A stretch of 64,000 bases of DNA from Chlorokybus atmophyticus. Lineage: Eukaryota; Plantae; Mesostigma and Chlorokybus algae. The notes below the pieces were generated by a model that made no database searches, was not told where the DNA came from, and saw only the letters and a list, made by a program, of their open reading frames with translations. Below, in pieces: positions 1 to 13,260 of this stretch. The position numbers and the translations under genes are program-made. Each line of letters opens with the position of its first letter. The first letter of the stretch is position 1. The stretch is from contig RHPI01002990.1 in the NCBI GenBank assembly GCA_009103225.1, positions 638,767 to 702,766 of the forward strand, written 5' to 3'.

Positions 1-555
1 ATATTGCCTTCAGCACACTGAAACAACAGACTTACATGAATGACATTTACACGCGCATTTCAATGTCAGTTGTCGCAGCAATGTATATATTAGATTATAA
101 CTGTTTTGCGCATTTCGTCAATGAATCATATGTCACACGTCGGACATGAATCAGTTATTATTACTCATGCATATCCGCATACTACAGTATCATTACGATG
201 TCATTCACATATTAAATTGAATGTGATCCATTGACTATGTAACAGTTGGTCAGTTGGTCAAATGAGTTACATTGCATGTTTAAAAAGTACAGAATGAGTA
301 CTGGCGTGCTAATATACCGTAGTGCCACATACATTACAACCCACATCCATATTCCTGCATTATTTTTTACTTCGACCCATGACAAGCAATTATTGCATTT
401 CAAGTAGCAGCGTCAATGGGTTTTTACGGTTTTCGACCCGCCGTTCTGTGTGTCGTCGTTACAGACTGTACTGTTGTGCTACATCGTACATTGCACTTGT
501 CAGTGCGACGCTGCAGCAGCGCTGTACGCGCGGTACAGTACAGTGTTACCGTATA

Positions 556-1026
556 CAGTCTACCCCCGTTAAAAGATTTCGCTTTAAGGGGATAACCCCG
601 TTAAGATCATCGTTTTGCAAAAGACCGATCGTTTTACAGGCAAATATCTTCAAATAGTGGAATAGTCTTGTACGTAATAAGACTAAAGAGAAGGCTTGGA
701 ATTCCAAGTGGGGTCAGTCTTGTAATGGGGGAATACCTTGTTAGCAGCATAACTATTTCGCTGATATTAGAATAAACATCACCTTCAACAATAGAAGCCA
801 TGTATGTCTCTATATAATATATACAGGATATGTAGATTGTATATCTGGCACGTCAGCATATGATGACGTGGCCTATAGTTTTCAGTCAATACCCCCATTC
901 ACAGAATATATATTCTTTAACGATAAAAGAATATATATATATATTCTAATCAACGCCAAGAGAATAACCCCGTTAGTGGAATGAAAAGCTGAAGGATAAA
1001 ATGATTCTTGTGACGGGGGTAGACTG
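556..1026. mobile_element. MITE, Tc1/mariner-pogo type
   Basis: Perfect 14-bp TIR CAGTCTACCCCCGT (556-569) / ACGGGGGTAGACTG (1013-1026), TA on both sides (554-555, 1027-1028), no coding capacity, internal repeat ATAACCCCGTTA near both ends. Confidence 0.85.
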
Positions 1027-1985
1027 TAATGCTGCTGCGGTGCGCTGTTACCGTACAATGCTGCAGCACCCGCTGTATCTGGCCTGTACGGCGCTGCTGC
1101 TGCGCGCGTTACAGCACATTTACGGGTGCAGCGGTGTACAAGCAAATGGTCGCGTGGCTGAGTGCACGGCAGCGCGCTGTCCCGTAACCCAGCAATTCAC
1201 GACACTTCGACCCAACGTTGCTACCAATTCACGACAAGTCGTTTGCTGCCAAATCCCTAATAAGAATCAAAACCCAAGGCATTTGACAATTGTTTGTAGA
1301 TCGTAATGTATAGCTTCCAATAGATGCAAGGTCATGTACACACGCACACGCAGCAAGCCAAGAGCAAACAGAACAGGGCAAATCAATGAATTCAAGCGAG
1401 AGCTTTACACTTACAACTTAGCTATGCAACTTGCATAGCTAAGTTCGCATTGCACTCAGCTACTTCAAGTAGCTGAGTGCAATGCGAGGGGCGGGCAGGC
1501 AGGTAGGCAAAGTAGAATAGCAAAGAAGCAGCAAGCAGACTTGTGCAGCAGGCGCTTGTATGGTTGGCTGTAGTGCAGGGAAGGACAAGGCAAGAGCGTA
1601 GCAGCAGCAAGCGCATGCAGGTTAGGCAGGGCAAAGGACGGGAGTGCTTGCTGTGCTGTGCAGTTGCTGCTGAGGTTGGCGGCTGCCAAGGTGTATGTGT
1701 GGTCTATTGGCTGTCGTGTAAGACCGGTGCTGTGTCTGAAATGGCTGCAGGGGATCGTAGGGCAGGTAGCAAGAATGAAGCCGTTGGGAGTTAGGCACAG
1801 GCAGCAACTCACATGACCTATTACATGACATCACTGCATATGGCTGCATAAGACCTATGTGTGTACTGAGGCTTATATGCCAGCATGCATAGAGGCCATC
1901 GTGCACATGTCATATGTGTCGACATAACATGTACGGGCAGTCACCACTGCTCCCCGCACCTTGGACAACCAACAACTTACCTCAC

Positions 1986-3420
1986 TCACCTATGTGAGGT
2001 GCACTTGCGTGCCACCTGCAGGTACAATCGTTGATAGGTGGTGGCGTAGATGCCTCCATGCGCGTTATCCATCTTGGTTCGAAGCTTACCCAGCAATGCG
2101 CTCATGGTATACCCTTCAGCCTGCATGTCAATTAAGAGTGGCACCATGGCCATGAAAAAATGCTCTTGTAGTGTGCACATGCGACTGAACCCAAAATGTT
2201 GCGACACAAATACCCCCAAGATCAGGCGTTTTGGAAATGTTGATGTCTGGGTGGGGGGCTCGTCTCTGCGGTATGTATGAAGGGGGCGGTGTTGAGCTTG
2301 TTGTAGATCCGAGTTGCCAATCCCACCATGGGATCTTGAAGATTAAGAAAATTCAAAAACGGGATGATCACCCCCTGTGCTGATAGTGTGATAGTGAGCA
2401 TGTGTCGAGGGTAGATAACCCCACCTGGGGCTTGTGGGTGCAAATACATGCGTGCAGCAAACTCGAGCAATGCTACCACTAACAGGTCATCCACATAACG
2501 GATAAGCAATATAGTACATGCAATACTTAAAGTCTCATTAACCAACATATTGCCATGTGAGTTCGTATGCGAGTTATAGACACTACAAGCTGCTATTAAC
2601 AGTGACAACAATACGATTGCTTTATGCTATGCAAGCACGATTTGTACCACATCGCAATCTTCTCATCCGCAACTTGCAAGCATGTGTTTGCATTTTTCAT
2701 TTCGCACCGTTTGAAACCATTTACAATTGCAATTGTGGTTACTATATAAACTTGTGATTAAGTTAAGAAAAGTATTTGTATTTGCCATTGGTTCCGTCGA
2801 GGCTTGGCAAATGGTGATGATACTTGGTTTGTGACACGTCACACCGTATAACTTGCAAATGAGCTGCTTGAAAGCAAGCTCAAGTAAAAGGGTAAAATGC
2901 ATAATTGCACACCAATGCATGGCACACAAGGCACAAGAATTTAGAACCAACCATATGCCACCCAATAGACTCATCACTATTATGCAGATAAACGATTTGT
3001 AATCTGTAATTCAGCAACACAAGCAGATATTGCTGATAACAAGATGTATATGCACTCACATAACATCAAGCACACCTGAAAAGACACTGCACATGCAAAA
3101 GCGAGATGTCTCTCACGAATGAAGACGAAGTGGTTGGCTTGCACACACATGCAGTACTACAATGCTACGACCAATGAGCCTCAGCACGACACTGCACAAC
3201 CAGCCAACAGCATCCAGTCACCCTATGGACACATCCCATCTGCATGACCTGTGCATAACCTAGTGGCGTCAACACCAATTTGAGAACAGGAACAAGGCCT
3301 TGATGCAGGCAGTGCCTTGTTGCACAGCATGCCCAGATAGACAACTCCACGCCACACCAACAGCAACTGCCATCAAAGCACACACAACTCTAAAGCGACT
3401 CGTGCTACTCTACGAACAAC
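1986..3420 (-). pseudogene. Degenerate Penelope-like retroelement reverse transcriptase
   Basis: Ordered RT motifs across frameshifted ORFs: VLKLVLTPL..G.CW (3165-3383), frameshifted IAMGTN..AYE (~2655-2590), RYVDDLL, PFLN, TRIYNK..H (2222-2611), then F.R.C...F....L....GY....L C-terminal helix region (1986-2219). Confidence 0.6.
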
Positions 3421-3866
3421 TCAACTGGAAAGTTGCAATAAGGCTCACTAAACGATGCAAAACTTCCAAACAACATCAGGTGCAGACTACAACACCTCAC
3501 TCATACGCACAATGTTGAGCCTTCCACATGCCTCAGCTTGTGCTGTAGACAGCCGACCTAACATAAAGCGACCAAACCACCCCAGCTACTGATGCCCAAC
3601 TCACGGACAAAACTGTATTACGAGATGACCAGCACCAGACCACTGGCGACACCACGCTTGACGCTGTCAACAAGTAACCCTGTCCACCACACGCACGGAC
3701 ACTGCGCTTGGACCCTGAAGACCCTCCTCACAAGCAGGCACCATGACGCTGATCATACGGACCCAAAAGGACTGCTGCTGATGTTCCACAGACGTCCCGA
3801 CGCGATGGTTGGACGCACGTACGTGCATGACAGACAACCATCTACGCCCTGACTTTGCTGTGTGTT

Positions 3867-5885
3867 TCACTGAGAGGCCGCCTCAGACTGGACAGGCAGC
3901 TCAGACACCTTGCAGGACAAGGCACAAGGATGATGATTTTCACCATGCACAACCATACTTGGCAACAAACAGATGCTGCAGGCAACTGCTGTAGCAGCGC
4001 ACAGAACCACGACTTGGCACGCAACACCACATACCTCACCGGGCCCCACGTAAGGCGGGGGCGCATACCCTGCAGCATCTGAAGCACCGTCTGCGGGAGG
4101 ATACACCGGCCCACCGTTGGTGCTGGCTGAAGGGGCTGGTTGCACACTCCTGTCTGGCGCGGGCTGCGCCTGTGCCTGTGGCTGCACCTGTACGTGTCCT
4201 CCTCCTTGTGACTGCGCTTGTGCCTGCGCCTGCTCCTGCGCTCTAACGTGGGGAGGCTGTTGCAGCTGTGGTGGAGGCGGCTGGAGCAGCGGAGGCTCCG
4301 AGCCCTTGGGCGCCCCGCAGTTTCTTCTGTTGCATTTGGTCCGGAAAGGGTAGTTCACGTTGCCGCATGCATTGCAAACCCAGCTTCCATCTGGTTGACC
4401 ATCATCTGCAGCAGTTGATTGCGAATAAGACATGACGCAAACAGCATTGCTACATGCACAAGCCGGCAAACACCAACCTCAGACCCACCTGTTTTGGCAA
4501 ACTTGCGACTGACTACAGGCTCGTGGTCAAGGTAATCCTGCAAAAAGGACATATAGAGCTGGGTGCCAAGCATCAGTTGGAGCGCATGACAATGAGAAAC
4601 TGCTAAGTCCGCACCGTGACTTACCAAGTGAGCAGGCCTAGGAGCCCCACAACGCCGCATGTTGCAGACTTTACGGAAAGCAAAGTTTGTGTTGCCGCAT
4701 GAGGGGCAGGCCCAATCACCCTCTCCACCACCCCCGGCTCCTCCTTTACGCTTGCCCAAACTATCAGCCATGGGCTGCAGTGCGTAGAAAAATAAATTAT
4801 TGCAAGAGACAAGAACATGCGCAAAGCACACACCACAGGACGTCAGCGGTATGCACATACCGGTGGTCGACCACCGCCATAACCACCACCGTAGCTTACA
4901 GGTGCCGGCAGCGGCATGTCATACCCCCCTGCAAATGCTAAGTCGGTATGCAACCCGCCGACATCAAACCACTTTGTGCAACACCACGCGCGGCCAGTGT
5001 GCATACCGTAACTAGGCGCAGGGTTGATATCGTATCCAGGTGCGGGGGGATAAGGAGCGTACTGCGGTGGTATTGCTGACGGTGGTGGGTATGATGGAGG
5101 TCCTCCTGCGATGTGTGGTGGCGGAGGACCTCCGTAGTTCCCATAAGCGGGAGGAGGAGCATACGGTGCTGGCGCAGGTGGGTAAGATGGCTGCACAAAC
5201 AGCAGATACTTGAGCAGAGCGCAGGCACAGGGCGCGCGCATACATGCAAGGGTGCGCATGATGGCACAAACTACATGCCAAACACAAAAGCTCACAGTTC
5301 ACACGCACTGCACATGCACTATTCAATGATTACGCCACCATGTGTTGCTCAAGAGTTCAGTCAAAAAAAATGAGTGAACTATTGAACTGACCTGAACTAC
5401 GCTTACCGCGGGTCGAGGCCGGGGCGGTGGTGTTGGTGCAGTGCCTGGCTTGGGGGCGCCGCACTTGCGCATGTTGCATGTTACACGGAAGCCAAAATTA
5501 ACATTACCGCAGTTTGGACAGGTCCAGTCTGGCTCAGCTGGCAAGCAGGCAAGTGAATCAACACACAACGGACAGTGTGCAAAAACCATTGCAAAGTGAA
5601 TGCTGCTGGACATAACCACAACAATACCTGCTCCTGAAGCGTGAGGAATCGGCGGAGGCGCTGCATAGTCCTGTCACGAGCAGAAAACTACCTTAAGTCG
5701 TGTGAAGTTACACGCAACCAAAACTCGAGCATGTAGGCACGCGTCATTGCAGGCAGAACAACAGCTGGCAAGCAGCGACGGAGAGCAGCTAAGCCATGGA
5801 ACACTGAAACCCTAACAGGGGCGCTCACCTGCAAGGCGTCCGCCGGGTGATACATGCCATCCTGGGGAGGCGGCGGGTGGTACAT
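3867..5885 (-). CDS. RanBP2-type zinc finger protein, three W-x-C-x2-C-x3-N-x6-C-x4-C fingers with Pro/Tyr-rich linkers (multi-exon)
   Basis: DWTCPNCGNVNFGFRVTCNMRKCG, DWACPSCGNTNFAFRKVCNMRRCG and SWVCNACGNVNYPFRTKCNRRNCG in successive exons with GT-AG introns; last exon boundary uncertain. Confidence 0.9.
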
Positions 5886-6249
5886 GTTTCCAGTTCCAAA
5901 GCGCGGCACTGCACTAAGCCACCTGCCACCACAATCACGTACTATCCCAAACGCCGGAACGCCCTCGCCTGCGACCCCTCCAACGCCGCCGCCGCCAACG
6001 CCCACAACACTATCGCCAAGGAGAGCAACCCTAAAGCCTATGACGAACGCACGTCCTGCTGACCGCACCTGGCATAGTTCAGAGCCCGTCTATAGACGCA
6101 CGTTGCGCTCAGAGCTAACGTTAGGGGCGGAGGTGTTGTTCTCAGCAGCTTTGTTGTGATCAAGTAAAGCACTGAGAGTCATCACCAGCGGCGACGGAGG
6201 CAGGCGGGTTGTGTATTATTATTTGATCAGAGTGGGTTTACCAGCAGCG

Positions 6250-8440
6250 ATGGTGCAGCTGACGGAGAAGATGGTGCTGGCCAAGACCAGGGCGGAGTGC
6301 CTGGATCACGTGCGGAACCTCAACCTCTGGGGCAACAACATTGATGACGTAAGCTCCGGTTACGGTTGCAACAGTGCATCGCGCATGGATTTACAACAAT
6401 GCAGTTGGTGTTGCAGACACGCACAGCACAGATTTGCAGCTCACTAGTTAGAGGACAGTTGGCCAATGCTGATTCACATACTACTTACTTCAACACAAAC
6501 TCCGGGCGAATGTTGACTCACATGAATGTGTTTTGATTATAAGTCAGTTAACTTCAGCAACATGTTCGCGTTGGACAGATTGTGTAACATCCACTGCGTT
6601 AGCTGCAGTGTAGTGGCGCTTCGTTTGTGAAAGCGTGCTTGTATTGAAGCTGACCATCATGCACTATATTATTATATTTTGACCTACTGTCGATTGATAA
6701 GTCTCAAACTGTAGCTTTGTCCACCCTGCAGGTTTCGGTCCTGGAGCGCATGCCCAATGTGCAAGTACTGTCCTTATCGTATCCTTTGATGGCCGCATTG
6801 ACCAGTAGCACTAAGCATGCTGTTATATCACACACGAGGGCGCGCGCATGTACATGCCTGCAGATGTGTGCGTGCGCTTGCGTGCACACTCGGAGGATTA
6901 GCCCACACGTGTGCAAGAGTGCGTGCGTGCACCGTATGCATGCACGCACGGACACGCATTGTTGCGCACGTGCGCACAGTAGATGAGTGTACGTAGTTGA
7001 GTGGCACAGCTGTTGCGATCATGTGTAGCAGCAGTGTGCAAGTCGTAGTCAAGTGGACAGTGCTCAACCATTCTTGTGAGCTTGCACCCTTAACCTGCAA
7101 GTCTGCCTTTCCCCTTCCTGCTCCAAACAGCGTGAACAAAATCTCAAGTCTGCAAGACTTCTCCCAGTGTAAGTATCTCGCAGGATGCTGTGCTGTTTGT
7201 ACGATCAGTCAATCAGAAGGTGTGTCTTCAAGTCTCACTGTTGTGTTGGACACTACTTGCAGGTCACAAGCTACAGGAGCTCTACTTGAGGAAAAATGAG
7301 GTACCAACTTGCATGACGTGTTGACAATCGACATGAAACTGTTGCTTGAATGCTTGAACTTGGTACTGATATGTTTCAGGTGTCGCGGTTAGAAGAGGTG
7401 CGTTGGCTCGCCGGTCTTCCCGCCCTCCGCGTCCTTTGGCTTTGCGACAACGCGTGCGCAGAGTCACCGCACTACCGCGCTGCCATCATCCGCGCAATAC
7501 CGACCCTGCAGAAGCTCGATCACAGTGGTACGTGCGTACATGCACATGCAGCCAACTGTATATATGATGCAATGTGTCATGCACTTGACTGCCTGCATAT
7601 CGTGTATCCGTGTGCGTGCATGTGCGCACGCATATACATCTGCATGTGCGTGTGTGTGTCTGTCATGTGCAACTGGTAACTGCTGCTGTTTTTTGCATAC
7701 ACAGATTGTTGGTGTGCTGACGTGCAGATGTAACGGATGAGGAGCGCGCGGAGTGTGCCAGCGTGCAGCTGCCACCCGAGCTGGACTTCGCCTCGGCGTT
7801 GAGCGCAGTTGCATCTGAGCAGCAGCGAGTTGGCAGCGGGGCGAGGGCTGCACCGAGCGCGGCAGCTGAAGAACCTGTGCCAGTAAGCGCCAAGTGCATG
7901 GTGTTGGCACGAAAGTACACATCTTGAGTGTCTCCCTAAGTTTTATGCTTGCATGTCCATGCTGGTGGTTGTGCTGAACGTGTATGTGTGTAGGCTGGGT
8001 TGGAGAGAAGGTCAAGTACGTCACGGCAAAGCGCGCCACCCGTTGAACCATTCACACAGGTATGGCTGCTGCTGAACGCGACAATGTTGATAACAGTACA
8101 GAAGGTGTTGGCTTGCGCAATGCCTGTGATTATGGTAAAGAGAAGTCAATGCGTGTCTGCAGCTGTCAGTAGCAAATCATGCACCGCGACCACAGAACAA
8201 AGCATCGCCAACACCAGCACAGGTATGGAGCAGAGATGGAGGCGTTGGCATATTAAGCTAAGAATAACTCACCATTGTCACACTGTCATGCCCAGAGTTG
8301 ATAAAACCGTTTTCTCATATGAGCCTTGTCTGCAGGCATCTTCAAACGTTCTTTATGCTGTTATGGCACTGTTAAATGAGCTCGACGAGGATGGTTTACA
8401 GATAGTTAAGACTGAAGTTGATCAAAGGTTGGGGCTATGA
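6250..8440 (+). CDS. CFAP410: Cilia- and flagella-associated LRR protein 410 (C21orf2 homolog), multi-exon
   Basis: MVQLTEKMVLAKTRAE..VRNLNLWG; LSLSVNKISSLQDF; LQELYLRKNE; LRVLWLCDN; C-terminal SNVLYAVMALLNELD..GLQIV tail; the N-terminal LRR exons join in frame. Confidence 0.9.
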
Positions 8441-8960
8441 CATACCATTGCTTCACACGTGCATTCACGCAAGCCTTGTTTGGGTACGCGTTACAGAGTG
8501 CATTGTATTGGTGGCGCTCAACTGTGTGAAATCTCTCATCTCAAACAATGTAGCATCATCACCTTGCCAGGCAGCCTCAGAGGTGTACAGCTATTCTAGT
8601 ACTATACATACCTATGCGCTAGTCTGTGGCAGTAGTGTCCTGTGTGCACTCTCCGTTGGTACGCTGCTTCGTGCTTTGTTTCAGCGGTTGACAACATCTA
8701 GCAGGTCATAGGCATCTAGTTTACTGTGGAACCTCTGCTCAAGCACGTGATGTATAGCTTGTCTCAACATGCATGATGAGGTAGTAGGGACCATGACCTA
8801 CCACAATGTGAAATGGCGATCTCATTGCATAGCTTTAATACCTGTAGTACATTTTGTCTGGTAAGCAAGTAAATAGAGTCTGGTTCACCCACTGATCCTG
8901 CCACCCGCAAACATTTGCAGATGCCACATATGTACATAAATATACCCGTTTGTAATGGCC

Positions 8961-11900
8961 CTAGCGCTCACACGCAAAAGTTAGCCTCCTTCGGCTAGCG
9001 GGGTCCTCGTGGTTTGCAATAAGCTTTAGATCATCCGCCACGACCATACGGTTCTCATTGTTGTGTTTTCGAGAAGAATACCTTGGGCTGGCAGCAGACA
9101 CCTTCCTGGCCGACAGTCTCTCAGCAGGCAGCGCAACAAAGTTCACAACAGGTGTCGCAGTCCGCAAGGGCGTTTTGGACCTCGGGTTGCTGCTGTTATT
9201 GTAGTTTTCTCCCTTCTTTGGAGTGACAGCTGGCGGTGGCAGCATTCTTGGCGCGGCGTTGTGCGCAGAGAGCGGCTGCCTGGCTGCAGGTGCCGGACTG
9301 GACGTGCGCCCAATGGACTTGGGCATCATCGCCCTCACAGCGCGCATCTTCTCTGGCGTGCTGCCGTAATGCATCTCGTGCTGCAGGCGAGCAGCCTTGT
9401 CCGCGTCCTTCTGCTCCTGTTGTAAAATGTGCCTTTCAAAGAGGAGCTTTTTCGAGCTTGCGATTTCATGCACAGACAAGCAGGGTGCTATGAGTACATC
9501 CGGAACATCATTGACTGAATGGCAAGCCGCCTGCTTCATGCTGCATCAGCACTTGCATCAGTGCGCACGCACACTCACTCGCATGTGTCGCTCTTCCTCT
9601 CTCCTCTTCAACCAGTCATCTTTGCAGGTTTCAATGGTCTCCTTCAGGACACCCTGCACACGTGTTGCGCAAATGAATTGAGTGTGCATAGCAGCACATC
9701 GAACACAGCAACTCTCAGCACAGCCTGTAAGGTTGCTGCTCCTTCTTGAGCATTTGAACCTGCTTACCTCTTTGAACATGAACTTCTTGCCATGTGTACT
9801 CTCCCAAGTGTCAACCGCACTGCGCAGCTGAGTCAAAAGCCCTGCAATCACCAGAGGAGTGTATGTGAGTGCGTGTGCGCGCGCGCGCGCGCGTGTGTTG
9901 AGCAGTCAGTAGAAAGAAAGGTGCTGCGTTAACTGGTTTGCATGTGCATTGCGATGCGTGTACAGTCAACAACCTCGCTGTGTCAACTCACGCACCAGGC
10001 ATTTTGCCGATCATTGCGCGTGCAGCTTCCGCCCTTTTCAGGTTGAGGTGAGCACCTCGTGCAGTGTAGCGGGTCTCATCCTGTTATGAATCAGAGGTTG
10101 TCAGGTACCGCAGGTAACCATAGTGCAAGATGACAACAGTGTACCTGCGAGTAATTCATATACCACTGTTCTTCCTCACACGCATGCTGATAGCGCTCAA
10201 GAAGTGCTAGCACCGGTGCACGTGTCTTTGCCTCAGCCTCAGCAGTGGCAATGCGCGCATCCATATCAGCCAATACATCTCTCTCGGCATCTGTGCAAAA
10301 GGCAACGCACAGTTAGGTTGAGTGCTGAAGTTTGCATTGGCTGAGATGTGCAAGCATCAACGCAATGCGGCTGCAAGGTTGCATTTGCCATCCTGTATTG
10401 TCGCTCATGGCAAGTTCACGACCTACCATTTGTTGGTGGGACTGGCATGCAATTGGCAGCACAGATAGCTTGCAAATGCGCCAGTCTTTTGACCAGTACT
10501 TCAGCAACACGGGACTGTTTAACTTCTTCCAGACGTGCAGCTTCCGATTCCACCTACAGTGCAAAATGCGTACGACTGATGCGAGGTAGAGCAAGCATCC
10601 GCCTGCTCGTGCTGGTCGCAGCTATGCGATCAACAAACCGCTTACCGCATCGATGTGGTCAACAAATAGGTTGCTGGGGTTCGTCATCTTGGCGTCACGC
10701 TGGTCTGCCGGCACTTCAAGAACCTCCCAAAGACTCTTTAGCTGTTTAATTGCTCCTTGCAGACGGCTTTCCCTCTGCAGCTTCTCTTCTCGAAGCAACT
10801 GTGCGCAAAAGCAGGTTCAATGAGAGACCGATGCTGTGAGTCACAAACAAGCATGTACAAAGTTATCATAGCTATCTCCCCCTCACCTGCAATGCATGTT
10901 CCAAGGTGGCCATTGTTGCTGGTGAGACATCAAGATCCCGGCTATTGCCGCTGAGCATGCCGTGTGTAGCGCGCAAGGTGATGTTGGCATCCATGGCTAG
11001 CGTGGTGAACAGCGATTGCAGCTCAGCAATGTTGCTCTTCACCACCTGCAACCTGCAAGCCTGCGGACGGGGATGAATCAGTACCTTCTGAGACCTTCCT
11101 GCATGCATGCAGGCATGCAGTAGTGTATCAAGAGTGCTATGTTACAACACCTGCGAGGCGTGATAGCACTCTTGATACAAAACCAGGGTCAATCATCACG
11201 TTACCGAAGCAACACGCGTGCATGCAATGTACATTTGGATTGTCAAAGAGTTGCTCACTTTCTCTGCTCGCAGACGTACAAGCTGGGACCGTAGCACATC
11301 TAGTGCTCGTTCAGAGAGGTCTTCAGTACACAGTGTTGCGTCTTCAGGCGTGTTTGAAACAACTTCTTCACCCTTCACGCTGTTACCCTCCACAGTGTCT
11401 GCGAGCTCTTGCTCCAACAATGCGACCTCTCGCTGGCATTAGGCAAACATGCTTACTTCTACCGTATTGTATTGGACCAGTCTTAGTGCTTAATGGCATG
11501 TACGCATACAACACTAGATACGAACATGCATACCACACCCCTAACCAGCCTCAAGCAAAATGCAACATCAGGCCCTCGATACTGGTTCGCAATGCATTGC
11601 AATGCATGCAATGTGTGAGCAAAACAGCGCTGACCCCAACAACCACCCCGCCGGATTACCTGTAGCTCTTTCTTGGTTTGGCTGGCTTTGAGCAAGCGTG
11701 CATTGATGGTGGCAAGCTTGGGCACTAAAGCTTGCAGCTGACACTTGAGCGGTAGAACGGCATTCCCGTCTGGCATCTCAGTAGATACTCCCTCCAACGG
11801 CAGGCCGAGGGCTTTGTATGCTTGAATGATGGCCAAATTGGCATCATCAATCTCATGCAATAGAGTCTGTTTCAGTTCTGAAACCCTAATCGCAGCCTGC

Positions 11901-12191
11901 TGATAAGGAGCCAAGCTCAGCTCGGCCAGCTCCACCAGCTGGCCGGCCCGAGCGCCATCATCTTCGCCAATGAAGTCCCAGGACGACTGCACAATAATGC
12001 ATAATTGAGTGATCAGCTGTCGCAACCTCATTAGACCGCAATGCCATCAGGCTATCAGGCCAATACCAGCACAAGCGCCTGCTCAGCACCACCTGCAAGG
12101 ACGCCAACAGCTCCTGCCGCCGCCCTTCTACTTCCGCCAGTTGTTGCTCCAGATCCATGCCGAAGCAGTCTTCCTCTGTCACCTCAGTCAT
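8961..12191 (-). CDS. MAP65: Microtubule-associated protein MAP65/Ase1/PRC1 family, multi-exon
   Basis: Coiled-coil exons; LERYQHACEEEQWYMNYSQ-DETRYTARGAHLNLKRAEAARAMIGKMP signature; QLRSAVDTWE..HGKKF; basic Ser/Pro-rich tail ending at 8961. Confidence 0.9.
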
Positions 12192-12797
12192 TTCTGTCGG
12201 TTCTTCACAGCGACACCGACAACGCCGACAGCTACAACAACAACCGCGGCGGCGGCGGCAACGCTAAGCAGCCAGTAATTTAGCTGAAGAAAATTTGAAC
12301 AGACCAAACAAGCCACTCCAGTCCGCCGAATGCCCAGCTGCGGAGAACAACAGCTAGCCGCGGCGCGCGAGCACAACGGCCAGGTATACAGCGATATCTG
12401 CATATCTAAACTGGATGTCCTATACGCTGTTGATATCAACAGCGTTATTCAATTACGGGGAGCTGCAAGACGAGTTACGTCATCTGGCGCGCTGCTTGCA
12501 TACATGCGGCGTATCTGGAACTTGATGTTAAGCGGCGGCAACAGATGGCTGACGTGGACATCCTTATCCCCAGCATGTCAAATGACGCGATGCGCTGGCA
12601 TAAGCATGCCGGATCCTGCATGTCTTGCCAGCTGTCAATGGGCACTCTGTGCGTGGCCTCTCTCAGCAAGGCTCATACACAAAGTGCATGCAGTCGCCTT
12701 CGTCCACAGTATCAGATAGGGTTGCTGTGGTTGCTTGATTTACTCGTTGCGCTTGGTGCAAGCTAGTTCTCGGTAGGTGTTTGTCTCTCCCGTCGAC

Positions 12798-13115
12798 ATG
12801 GCTGACAAGGACGAGCGGAAGAACGAGGAGCAGGAGGAATCCCCGCAGGAGGGAGACTATGAGGAGCCGGAGGACACGCGCCCTCCAGTCACTGCAGGTT
12901 CGCTTGGTGCCAGTTGCATGTGTATACTCTAGGCTGCAAGCGTCTTTGATGTGGCTGAATTACTGAAGCAAGTTGTCGTTACTGTGTGTAGAGGACCCTT
13001 ATGAGAGAATAAAGCAAGGTGGACGTCGGGGTGGTCTCGTCAAAGACGAGATGGGCCAGGCAATTGCGGACGCCTTGCACAGGGGCGACGACCCGAGGGA
13101 CTATGCCGACGTGAG

Positions 13116-13189
<74 letters not shown>

Positions 13190-13260
13190 GTGTGCTGCTG
13201 GCTTAACGTGCATGTGTACTGCAGCGAGGCGCTCAGAAGCTGACAGAAGGCGAAAAGTGA
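12798..13260 (+). CDS. Small acidic hydrophilic protein, 84 aa, three exons, function unknown
   Basis: Exons 12798-12897, 12992-13110 and 13225-13260 join in frame through GT-AG introns: MADKDERKNEEQEESPQEGDYEEPEDTRPPVTAEDPYERIKQGGRRGGLVKDEMGQAIADALHRGDDPRDYADRGAQKLTEGEK. Confidence 0.7.
13116..13187. repeat. (CT)n microsatellite in intron 2 of the small gene
   Basis: Directly visible CT dinucleotide run. Confidence 0.95.

Noticed and set aside
1-3500. Hammerhead ribozyme associated with the Penelope-like relic
   Set aside because: No CTGATGA..GAAA core found by eye on either strand.
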